Shown here in pieces: positions 1-11,479 of a stretch of 64,000 nt of DNA. The position numbers and the translations under genes were made by a program. Numbering within the stretch: position 1 is the first letter of the stretch; each line of letters begins with the position of its first letter. The notes under the pieces were generated by a model, which was not told where the DNA came from, ran no database searches, and was given only the letters and a program-made list of their open reading frames with translations. Source of the stretch: Eledone cirrhosa (Eukaryota); contig OZ024757.1 in NCBI GenBank assembly GCA_964016885.1, positions 10,292,001 to 10,356,000 of the forward strand, read 5' to 3'.

Positions 1-3000
1 GTTAAGTTGGGGTTAAGTTAAGTTGGGGTTAAGTTAAGTTGGAGTTAAGTTAAGTTGGGGTTAAGTTAAGTTGGGGTTAAGTTAAGTCGGAGTAAAGTTA
101 AGTTGGGGTTAAGTTAAGTTGGGGGTAAGTTAAGTTGTGGTTAAGTTAAGTTGGGGTTAAGTTGGGGTTAAGTTAAGTTGGGGTTGAGTTAAGTTGGGGT
201 TGAATTAAGTTGGGATTGAGTTAAGTTGGAGTTAAGTTAAGTTGGGGTTAAGTTAAGTTGGGGTTAAGTTAAGTTGGCGTTAAATTAAGTTGGGGTTAAG
301 TTAAGTTGGGGTTACGTTAAGTTGGGGTTAAGTTAAGTTGGGGTTAAGTCAAGTTGGGGTTAAATCAAGTTGGGGTTAACTTAAGTTTGGATTAACTTAA
401 GTTGGGTTAACTTAAGTTGGGATTAAGTTGGGGTTAACTTAAGTTGGGGTTAAGTTAAGTTGGGGTTGAGTTAAGTTGGGGTTGAGTTAAGTTGGGGTTG
501 AGTTAAGTTGGGGTTAAGTTAAGTTGGGGTTAAGTTAAGTTGGGGTTAAGTTAAGTTGGGATTAGATTAAGTAGGAGTTAAGTTAAGTTGGGGTTAAGTT
601 AAGTTGTGGTTAAGTTAAGTTGGGGTTAAGTTAAGTTGGGGTTAAGTTAAGTTGGGGTTAACTTAAGTTGGAGTTAAGTTAAGTTGGGGTTAAGTTAAGT
701 TGAGGCTAAGTTAAGTTGGGGCTGAGTTAACTTGGGGTTAAGTTAAGTTGGGGTTAAGTTAAGTTGGGGTTAAGGTAAGTTGGGGTTAAGTTAAGTTGGG
801 GTTAAGTTAAGTTGGGGTTAACTTAAGTTGGGGTTAACTTAAGTTGGGGTTAAGTTGGGGTTAACTTAAGTTGGGGTTAATTTAAGTTGGGGTTGAGTTA
901 ATTTGGGGTTGATTTCAGTTTGGGTTGAGTTAAGTTGGGGTCGAGTTAAGTTGGGGTTGTGTTAAGTTGGGGTTAAGTTAAGTTGGGGTTAAGTTAAGTT
1001 GGGGTTGAGTTAAGTTGGGATCGAGGTAAGTTGGGGTTGAGTTAAGTTGGGGTTAAGTTAAGTTCGGGTTAACTTAAGTTGGGGTTAACTTAAGTTGGGG
1101 TTAAGTTAAGTTGGGGTTAAGTTAAGTTGGGGTTAAGTTAAGTTGGGGTTAAGTTAAGTTGGGGTTAAGTTAAGTTGGGGTTAAGTTAAGTTGGGGTTGA
1201 GTTAAGTTAGGGTCGAGTTAAGTTGGGGTTGAGTTAATTTGGGGTTGAATTAAGTTGGGGTTAGGTTAAGTTGGGGTTAAGTTAAATTTGGTTTAAGTTA
1301 AGTTGGGGTTAAGTTAAGTTGGGGTTAAGTTAAGTTGGGATTAGATTAAGTTGGGGTTAAGTTAAGTTGGGGTTGAGTTAAGTTGGGGTTAAGTTAAGTT
1401 GGCGTTAAGTTAAGTTGGGGTTAAGTTAAGTTGGGGTTAAGTTAAGTTGGGGTTAAGTTAAGTTGGGGTTAAGTTAAGTTGGGGTTAAGTTAAGTTGGAG
1501 TTAAGTTAAGTTGGGGTTAAGTCAAGTTGGGGTTGAGTTAATTTGGGGTTAAGTTAAGTTGGGGTTAAGTTAAGTTGGAGTTAAGTTAAGTTGGGGTTAA
1601 GTCAAGTTGGGGTTGAGTTAATTTGGGGTTGAATTAAGTTGGGGTTAGGTTAAGTTGGGGTTAAGTTAAGTTTGGTTTAAGTTAAGTTGGGGTTAAGTTA
1701 AGTTGGGGTTAAGTTAATTTGGGGTTAAGTTAAGTTGGGGTTGAGTTAAGTTGGGGTTGATTTAAGTTGGGGTTGAATTAAGTTGGGGTCGAGTTAAGTT
1801 GGGGTTGAGTTAAGTTGGGGTTAAGTTAAGTTGGGGTTAAGTTAAGTTGGAGTTAAGTTAAGTTGGGGTTAAGTTAAGTTGGGGTTAAGTTAAGTCGGAG
1901 TAAAGTTAAGTTGGGGTTAAGTTAAGTTGGGGGTAAGTTAAGTTGTGGTTAAGTTAAGTTGGGGTTAAGTTGGGGTTAAGTTAAGTTGGGGTTGAGTTAA
2001 GTTGGGGTTGAATTAAGTTGGGATTGAGTTAAGTTGGAGTTAAGTTAAGTTGGGGTTAAGTTAAGTTGGGGGTAAGTTAAGTTGTGGTTAAGTTAAGTTG
2101 GGGTTAAGTTGGGGTTAAGTTAAGTTGGGGTTGAGTTAAGTTGGGGTTGAATTAAGTTGGGATTGAGTTAAGTTGGAGTTAAGTTAAGTTGGGGTTAAGT
2201 TAAGTTGGGGTTAAGTTAAGTTGGCGTTAAATTAAGTTGGGGTTAAGTTAAGTTGGGGTTACGTTAAGTTGGGGTTAAGTTAAGTTGGGGTTAAGTCAAG
2301 TTGGGGTTAAATCAAGTTGGGGTTAACTTAAGTTTGGATTAACTTAAGTTGGGTTAACTTAAGTTGGGATTAAGTTGGGGTTAACTTAAGTTGGGGTTAA
2401 GTTAAGTTGGGGTTGAGTTAAGTTGGGGTTGAGTTAAGTTGGGGTTGAGTTAAGTTGGGGTTAAGTTAAGTTGGGGTTAAGTTAAGTTGGGGTTAAGTTA
2501 AGTTGGGATTAGATTAAGTAGGAGTTTAGTTAAGTTGGGGTTAAGTTAAGTTGTGGTTAAGTTAAGTTGGGGTTAAGTTAAGTTGGGGTTAAGTTAAGTT
2601 GGGGTTAACTTAAGTTGGAGTTAAGTTAAGTTGGGGTTAAGTTAAGTTGAGGCTAAGTTAAGTTGGGGCTGAGTTAACTTGGGGTTAAGTTAAGTTGGGG
2701 TTAAGTTAAGTTGGGGTTAAGGTAAGTTGGGGTTAAGTTAAGTTGGGGTTAAGTTAAGTTGGGGTTAACTTAAGTTGGGGTTAACTTAAGTTGGGGTTAA
2801 GTTGGGGTTAACTTAAGTTGGGGTTAATTTAAGTTGGGGTTGAGTTAAGTTGGGGTTGATTTCAGTTTGGGTTGAGTTAAGTTGGGGTCGAGTTAAGTTG
2901 GGGTTGTGTTAAGTTGGGGTTAAGTTAAGTTGGGGTTAAGTTAAGTTGGGGTTGAGTTAAGTTGGGATCGAGGTAAGTTGGGGTTGAGTTAAGTTGGGGT

Positions 3001-4430
3001 TAAGTTAAGTTGGGGTTAACTTAAGTTGGGGTTAACTTAAGTTGGGGTTAAGTTAAGTTGGGGTTAAGTTAAGTTGGGGTTAAGTTAAGTTGGGGTTAAG
3101 TTAAGTTGGGGTTAAGTTAAGTTGGGGTTAAGTTAAGTTGGGGTTGAGTTAAGTTAGGGTCGAGTTAAGTTGGGGTTGAGTTAATTTGGGGTTGAATTAA
3201 GTTGGGGTTAGGTTAAGTTGGGGTTAAGTTAAATTTGGTTTAAGTTAAGTTGGGGTTAAGTTAAGTTGGGGTTAAGTTAAGTTGGGATTAGATTAAGTTG
3301 GGGTTAAGTTAAGTTGGGGTTGAGTTAAGTTGGGGTTAAGTTAAGTTGGCGTTAAGTTAAGTTGGGGTTAAGTTAAGTTGGGGTTAAGTTAAGTTGGGGT
3401 TAAGTTAAGTTGGGGTTAAGTTAAGTTGGGGTTAAGTTAAGTTGGAGTTAAGTTAAGTTGGGGTTAAGTCAAGTTGGGGTTGAGTTAATTTGGGGTTAAG
3501 TTAAGTTGGGGTTAAGTTAAGTTGGAGTTAAGTTAAGTTGGGGTTAAGTCAAGTTTGGGTTGAGTTAATTTGGGGTTGAATTAAGTTGGGGTTAGGTTAA
3601 GTTGGGGTTAAGTTAAGTTTGGTTTAAGTTAAGTTGAGGTTAAGTTAAGTTGGGGTTAAGTTAATTTGGGGTTAAGTTAAGTTGGGGTTGAGTTAAGTTG
3701 GGGTTGATTTAAGTTGGGGTTGAATTAAGTTGGGGTCGAGTTAAGTTGGGGTTGAGTTAAGTTGGGGTTAAGTTAAGTTGGGGTTAAGTTAAGTTGGAGT
3801 TAAGTTAAGTTGGGGTTAAGTTAAGTTGGGGTTAAGTTAAGTCGGAGTAAAGTTAAGTTGGGGTTAAGTTAAGTTGGGGGTAAGTTAAGTTGTGGTTAAG
3901 TTAAGTTGGGGTTAAGTTGGGGTTAAGTTAAGTTGGGGTTGAGTTAAGTTGGGGTTGAATTAAGTTGGGATTGAGTTAAGTTGGAGTTAAGTTAAGTTGG
4001 GGTTAAGTTAAGTTGGGGTTAAGTTAAGTTGGCGTTGAATTAAGTTGGGGTTAAGTTAAGTTGGGGTTACGTTAAGTTGGGGATAAGTTAAGTTGGGGTT
4101 AAGTCAAGTTGGGGTTAAATCAAGTTGGGGTTAACTTAAGTTCGGATTAACTTAAGTTGGGTTAACTTAAGTTGGGATTAAGTTGGGGTTAACTTAAGTT
4201 GGGGTTAAGTTAAGTTGGCGTTGAGTTAAGTTGGGGTTGAGTTAAGTTGGGGTTGAGTTAAGTTGGGGTTGAGTTAAGTTGGGGTCGAGTTAAGTTGGGG
4301 TTGATTTAAGTTGGGGTTAAGTTAAGTTGGGGTTAAGTTAAGTTGGGGTTAAGTTAAGTTGGGATTAGATTAAGTAGGAGTTAAGTTAAGTTGGGGTTAA
4401 GTTAAGTTGTGGTTAAGTTAAGTTGGGGTT
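1..4430 (+). repeat. About 2.3 tandem copies of the ~1.8-kb higher-order repeat (module A)
   Basis: GTCGGAGTAAAG occurs at 86, 1894 and 3841 (offsets 1808 and 1947). GATTTCAG occurs at 911 and 2858 (offset 1947). The 139-bp excess is a local duplication, with GGGGGTAAGTTAAGTTGTGG at 1929 and 2068. Confidence 0.9.
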
Positions 4431-7400
4431 AAGTTAAGTTGTGGTTAAGTTAAGTTGGGGTTAAGTTAAATTTGGTTTAAGTTAAGTTGGGGTTAAGTTA
4501 AGTTGGGATTAGATTAAGTTGGGGTTAAGTTAAGTTGGGGTTGAGTTAAGTTGGGGTTAAGTTAAGTTGGCGTTAAGTTAAGTTGGGGTTAAGTTAAGTT
4601 GGGGTTAAGTTAAGTTGGAGTTAAGTTAAATTGGGGTTAAGTCAAGTTGGGGTTGAGTTAATTTTGGGTTAAGTTAAGTTGGGGTTAAGTTAAGTTGGAG
4701 TTAAGTTAAGTTGGGGTTAAGTCAAGTTGGGGTTGAGTTAATTTGGGGTTGAATTAAGTTGGGGTTAGGTTAAGTTGGGGTTAAGTTAAGTTTGGTTTAA
4801 GTTAAGTTGGGGTTAAGTTAAGTTGGGGTTAAGTTAAGTTGGGGTTAAGTTAAGTTGGGGTTGATTTAAGTTGGGGTTGATTTAAGTTGGGGTTGAATTA
4901 AGTTGGGGTCGAGTTAAGTTGGGGTTGATTTAAGTTGGGGTTAAGTTAAGTTGGGGTTAAGTTAAGTTGGAGTTAAGTTAAGTTGGGGTTAAGTTAAGTT
5001 GGGGTTAAGTTAAGTCGGAGTAAAGTTAAGTTGGGGTTAAGTTAAGTTGGGGGTAAGTTAAGTTGTGGTTAAGTTAAGTTGGGGTTAAGTTGGTGTTAAG
5101 TTAAGTTGGGGTTGAGTTAAGTTGGGGTTGAATTAAGTTGGGATTGAGTTAAGTTGGAGTTAAGTTAAGTTGGGGTTAAGTTAAGTTAGCGTTAAATTAA
5201 GTTGGGGTTAAGTTAAGTTGGGGTTACGTTAAGTTGGGGTTGAGTTAAGTTGGGGTCGAGTTAAGTTGGGGTTGAGTTAAGTTGGGGTTAAGTTAAGTTG
5301 GGGTTAAGTTAAGTTGGGGTTAATTTAAGTTGGGGTTAAGTTAAGTTGGGGTTCAGTTAAGTTGGGGTAAGTTAAGTTGGGGTTAAGTTAAGTTGGAGTT
5401 AAGTTAAGTTGGGGTTAAGTCAAGTTGGGGTTGAGTTAATTTGGGGTTAAGTTAAGTTGGGGTTAAGTTAAGTTGGAGTTAAGTTAAGTTGGGGTTAAGT
5501 CAAGTTGGGGTTGAGTTAATTTGGGGTTGAATTAAGTTGGGGTTAGGTTAAGTTGGGGTTAAGTTAAGTTTGGTTTAAGTTAAGTTGGGGTTAAGTTAAG
5601 TTGGGGTTAAGTTAAGTTGGGGTTAAGTTAAGTTGGGGTTGATTTAAGTTGGGGTTGATTTAAGTTGGGGTTGAATTAAGTTGGGGTCGAGTTAAGTTGG
5701 GGTTGAGTTAAGTTGGGGTTAAGTTAAGTTGGGGTTAAGTTAAGTTGGAGTTAAGTTAAGTTGGGGTTAAGTTAAGTTGGGGTTAAGTTAAGTCGGAGTA
5801 AAGTTAAGTTGGGGTTAAGTTATGTTGGGGGTAAGTTAAGTTGTGGTTAAGTTAAGTTGGGGTTAAGTTGGGGTTAAGTTAAGTTGGGGTTGAGTTAAGT
5901 TGGGGTTGAATTAAGTTGGGATTGAGTTAAGTTGGAGTTAAGTTAAGTTGGGGTTAAGTTAAGTTGGGGTTAAGTTAAGTTGGCGTTAAATTAAGTTGGG
6001 GTTAAGTTAAGTTGGGGTTACGTTAAGTTGGGGTTGAGTTAAGTTGGGGTCGAGTTAAGTTGGGGTTGAGTTAAGTTGGGGTTAAGTTAAGTTGGGGTTA
6101 AGTTAAGTTGGGGTTAAGTTAAGTTGGGATTAGATTAAGTAGGAGTTAAGTTAAGTTGGGGTTAAGTTAAGTTGTGGTTAAGTTAAGTTGGGGTTAAGTT
6201 AAGTTGGGGTTAAGTTAAGTTGGGGTTAACTTAAGTTGGAGTTAAGTTAAGTTGGGGTTAAGTTAAGTTGAGGCTAAGTTAAGTTGGGGCTGAGTTAAGT
6301 TGGGGTTGAGTTAAGTTGGGGTTGAGTTAAGTTGGGGTTGAGTTAAGTTGGGGTCGAGTTAAGTTGGGGTTGAGTTAAGTTGGGGTTAAGTTAAGTTGGG
6401 GTTAAGTTAAGTTGGGGTTAAGTTAAGTTGGAATTAGGTTAAGTTGGGGTTAAGTTAAGTTGGGGTTAAGTTAAGTTGTGGTTAATTTAAGTTGGGGTTA
6501 AGTTAAGTTGGGGTTAAGTTAAGTTGGTGTTAAGGTAAGTTGGGATTAAGTTAAGTTGGGGTTAAGTTAAGTTGGGGTTAAGTTAAGTTGGGGTTAACTT
6601 AAGTTGGGGTTAACTTAAGTTGGGGTTAAGTTGGGGTTAACTTAATTGGGGTTAAGTTGGGGTTAACTTAAGTTGGGGTTAAGTTAAGTTGGGGTTGAGT
6701 TAAGTTGGGGTTGATTTAACTTGGGGTTGAGTTAAGTTGGAGTCGAGTTAAGTTGGGGTTGAGTTAAGTTGGGGTTAAATTAAGTTGGGGTTAAGTTAAG
6801 TTGGAGTTAAGTTAAGTTGGGGTTAAGTTAAGTTGGGGTTAAGTTAAGTTGGCGTTAAATTAAATTGGGGTTAAGTTAAGTTGGGGTTACGTTAAGTTGG
6901 GGTTAAGTTAAGTTGGGGTTAAGTCAAGTTGGGGTTAAATCAAGTTGGGGTTAACTTAAGTTTGGATTAACTTAAGTTGGGTTAACTTAAGTTGGGGTTA
7001 AGTTGGGCTTAACTTAAGTTGGGGTTAAGTTAAGTTGGGGTTGAGTTAAGTTGGGGTTGAGTTAAGTTGGGGTTGAGTTAAGTTGGGGTTGAGTTAAGTT
7101 GGGGTCGAGTTAAGTTGGGGTTGAGTTAAGTTGGGGTTAAGTTAAGTTGGGGTTAAGTTAAGTTGGGGTTAAGTTAAGTTGGGATTAGGTTAAGTTGGGG
7201 TTAAGTTAAGTTGGGGTTAAGTTAAGTCGGAGTAAAGTTAAGTTGGGGTTAAGTTAAGTTGGGGGTAAGTTAAGTTGTGGTTAAGTTAAGTTGGGGTTAA
7301 GTTGGGGTTAAGTTAAGTTGGGGTTGAGTTAAGTTGGGGTTGAATTAAGTTGGGATTGAGTTAAGTTGGAGTTAAGTTAAGTTGGGGTTAAGTTAAGTTG

Positions 7401-10400
7401 GGGTTAAGTTAAGTTGGCGTTAAATTAAGTTGGGGTTAAGTTAAGTTGGGGTTACGTTAAGTTGGGGTTAAGTTAAGTTGGGGTTAAGTCAAGTTGGGGT
7501 TAAATCAAGTTGTGGTTAAGTTAAGTTGGGGTTAAGTTAAGTTGGGGTTAAGTTAAGTTGGGGTTAACTTAAGTTGGAGTTAAGTTAAGTTGGGGTTAAG
7601 TTAAGTTGAGGCTAAGTTAAGTTGGGGCTGAGTTAACTTGGGGTTAAGTTAAGTTGGGGTTAAGTTAAGTTGGGGTTAAGGTAAGTTGGGGTTAAGTTAA
7701 GTTGGGCTTAAGTTAAGTTGGGGTTAAGTTAAGTTGGGGTTAACTTAAGTTGGGGTTAACTTAAGTTGGGGTTAAGTTGGGGTTAACTTAAGTTGGGGTT
7801 AATTTAAGTTGGGGTTGAGTTAAGTTGGGGTTGATTTCAGTTTGGGTTGAGTTAAGTTGGGGTCGAGTTAAGTTGTGGTTGTGTTAAGTTGGGGTTAAGT
7901 TAAGTTGGGGTTAAGTTAAGTTGGGGTTGAGTTAAGTTGGGATCGAGGTAAGTTGGGGTTGAGTTAAGTTGGGGTTAAGTTAAGTTGGGGTTAACTTAAG
8001 TTGGGGTTAACTTAAGTTGGGGTTAAGTTAAGTTGGGGTTAAGTTAAGTTGGGGTTAAGTTAAGTTGGGGTTAAGTTAAGTTGGGGTTAATTTAAGTTGG
8101 GGTTGAGTTAAGTTAGGGTCGAGTTAAGTTGGGGTTGAGTTAATTTGGGGTTGAATTAAGTTGGGGTTAGGTTAAGTTGGGGTTAAGTTAAATTTGGTTT
8201 AAGTTAAGTTGGGGTTAAGTTAAGTTGGGGTTAAGTTAAGTTGGGATTAGATTAAGTTGGGGTTAAGTTAAGTTGGGGTTGAGTTAAGTTGGGGTTAAGT
8301 TAAGTTGGCGTTAAGTTAAGTTGGGGTTGAGTTAAGTTGGGGTTGAATTAAGTTGGGATTGAGTTAAGTTGGAGTTAAGTTAAGTTGGGGTTAAGTTAAG
8401 TTGGGGTTAAGTTAAGTTGGCGTTAAATTAAGTTGGGGTTAAGTTAAGTTGGGGTTACGTTAAGTTGGGGATAAGTTAAGTTGGGGTTAAGTCAAGTTGG
8501 GGTTAAATCAAGTTGGGGTTAACTTAAGTTTGGATTAACTTAAGTTGGGTTAACTTAAGTTGGGATTAAGTTGGGGTTAACTTAAGTTGGGGTTAAGTTA
8601 AGTTGGCGTTGAGTTAAGTTGGGGTTGAGTTAAGTTGGGGTTGAGTTAAGTTGGGGTTGAGTTAAGTTGGGGTCGAGTTAAGTTGGGGTTGATTTAAGTT
8701 GGGGTTAAGTTAAGTTGGGGTTAAGTTAAGTTGGGGTTAAGTTAAGTTGGGATTAGATTAAGTAGGAGTTAAGTTAAGTTGGGGTTAAGTTAAGTTGTGG
8801 TTAAGTTAAGTTGGGGTTAAGTTAAGTTGGGGTTAAGTTAAGTTGGGGTTAACTTAAGTTGGAGTTAAGTTAAGTTGGGGTTAAGTTAAATTTGGTTTAA
8901 GTTAAGTTGGGGTTAAGTTAAGTTGGGGTTAAGTTAAGTTGGGATTAGATTAAGTTGGGGTTAAGTTAAGTTGGGGTTGAGTTAAGTTGGGGTTAAGTTA
9001 AGTTGGCGTTAAGTTAAGTTGGGGTTAAGTTAAGTTGGGGTTAAGTTAAGTTGGGGTTAATTTAAGTTGGGGTTAAGTTAAGTTGGGGTTAAGTTAAGTT
9101 GGGGTTAAGTCAAGTTGGGGTTGAGTTAATTTGGGGTTAAGTTAAGTTGGGGTTAAGTTAAGTTGGAGTTAAGTTAAGTTGGGGTTAAGTCAAGTTGGGG
9201 TTGAGTTAATTTGGGGTTGAATTAAGTTGGGGTTAGGTTAAGTTGGGGTTAAGTTAAGTTTGGTTTAAGTTAAGTTGGGGTTAAGTTAAGTTGGGGTTAA
9301 GTTAAGTTGGGGTTAAGTTAAGTTGGGGTTGATTTAAGTTGGGGTTGATTTAAGTTGGGGTTGAATTAAGTTGGGGTCGAGTTAAGTTGGGGTTGAGTTA
9401 AGTTGGGGTTAAGTTAAGTTGGGGTTAAGTTAAGTTGGAGTTAAGTTAAGTTGGGGTTAAGTTAAGTTGGGGTTAAGTTAAGTCGGAGTAAAGTTAAGTT
9501 GGGGTTAAGTTAAGTTGGGGGTAAGTTAAGTTGTGGTTAAGTTAAGTTGGGGTTAAGTTGGGCTTAAGTTAAGTTGGGGTTGAGTTAAGTTGGGGTTGAA
9601 TTAAGTTGGGATTGAGTTAAGTTGGAGTTAAGTTAAGTTGGGGTTAAGTTAAGTTGGCGTTAAATTAAGTTGGCGTTAAGTTAAGTTGGGGTTACGTTAA
9701 GTTGGGGTTGAGTTAAGTTGGGGTCGAGTTAAGTTGGGGTTGAGTTAAGTTGGGGTTAAGTTAAGTTGGGGTTAAGTTAAGTTGGGGTTAAGTTAAGTTG
9801 GGATTAGATTAAGTAGGAGTTAATTTAAGTTGGGGTTAAGTTAAGTTGTGGTTAAGTTAAGTTGGGGTTAAGTTAAGTTGGGGTTAAGTTAAGTTGGGGT
9901 TAACTTAAGTTGGAGTTAAGTTAAGTTGGGGTTAAGTTAAGTTGAGGCTAAGTTAAGTTGGGGCTGAGTTAACTTGGGGTTAAGTTAAGTTGGGGTTAAA
10001 TTAAGTTGGGGTTAAGGTAAGTTGGGGTTAAGTTAAGTTGGGGTTAAGTTAAGTTGGGGTTAAGTTAAGTTGGGGTTAACTTAAGTTGGGGTTAAGTTGG
10101 GGTTAACTTAAGTTGGGGTTAATTTAAGTTGGGGTTGAGTTAAGTTGGGGTTGATTTCAGTTTGGGTTGAGTTAAGTTGGGGTCGAGTTAAGTTGGGGTT
10201 GTGTTAAGTTGGGGTTAAGTTAAGTTGGGGTTAAGTTAAGTTGGGGTTGAGTTAAGTTGGGATCGAGGTAAGTTGGGGTTGAGTTAAGTTGGGGTTAAGT
10301 TAAGTTTGGTTTAAGTTAAGTTGGGGTTAAGTTAAGTTGGGGTTAAGTTAAGGTGGGATTAGGTTAAGTTGGGGTTAAGTTAAGTTGGGGTTAAGTTAAG

Positions 10401-10699
10401 TTGTGGTTAAGTTAAGTTGGGGTTAAGTTAAGTTGGGGTTAAGTTAAGTTGGGGTTAAGGTAAGTTGGGGTTAAGTTAAGTTGGGGTTAAGTTAAGTTGG
10501 GGTTAAGTTAAGTTGGGGTTAACTTAAGTTGGGGTTAAGTTGGGGTTAACTTAAGTTGGGGTTAAGTTGGGGTTAACTTAAGTTGGGGTTAAGTTAAGTT
10601 GGGGTTGAGTTAAGTTGGGGTTGATTTAAGTTGGGGTTGAGGTAAGTTGGAGTCGAGTTAAGTTGGGGTTGAGTTAAGTTGGGGTTAAGTTAAGTTGGG

Positions 10700-11350
10700 G
10701 TTAAGTTAAGTTGGGGTTAAGTTAAGTCGGAGTTAAGTTAAGTTGGGGTTAAGTTAAGTTGGGGGTAAGTTAAGTTGTGGTTAAGTTAAGTTGGAGTTAA
10801 GTTGGGGTTAAGTTAAGTTGGGGTTAAGTTAAGTGGGGTTGAGTTAAGTTGGAGTTAAGTTAAGTTGGGGTTAATTTAAGTTGGGGTTAAGTTAAGTCGG
10901 GGTAAAGTTAAGTTGGGGTTAAGTTAAGTTGGGGGTAAGTTAATTTGGGGTTAAGTTAAGTTGGGGTTTAGTTAATTTGGGGTTAAGTCAAGTTGGGGTT
11001 AAGTCAAGTTGGGGTTAAGTTAAGTTGGGGTTAAGTTAAGTCGGGGTTAAGTTAAGTTGGGGTTAAGTTAAGTCGGGGTTAAGTTAAGTTGGGGTTAAGT
11101 TAAGTTGGGGTAAGTTAAGTTGGGGTTAAGTTAAGTTGGGGTTTACTTAAGTTGGGGTTAAGTCAAGTTGGGGTTAAGTCAAGTTGGGGTTAAGACAAGT
11201 TGGGGTTAAGTTAAGTTGGGGTTAAGTTAAGTTGGGGTTAAATTAAGTTGGGGATAAGTTAAGTTGGGGTTAAGTTAAGTTGGCGTTAAGTTAAGTTGGG
11301 GTTAAGTTAACTTGGGGTTAAGTTAAGTTGGGGTTAAGTTAAGTTGGGGT
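10700..11350 (+). repeat. Variant module B (GTCGGGG, TTTAGTTAATT, GGGGTAAG 15-mer, TTTAC, runs of GTCAAG), first occurrence
   Basis: The diagnostic TTTAC is at 11142 and recurs at 23114, 29494, 34794, 41193 and 51443. Truncated copies lie at ~47040-47390 and ~62020-62370. Confidence 0.82.
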
Positions 11351-11479
11351 TAAGTCAAGTTGGGGTTAAATCAAGTTGGGGTTAACTTAAGTTTGGATTA
11401 ACTTAAGTTGGGTTAACTTAAGTTGGGGTTAAGTTGGGGTTAACTTAAGTTGGGGTTAAGTTAAGTTGGGGTTAAGTTA

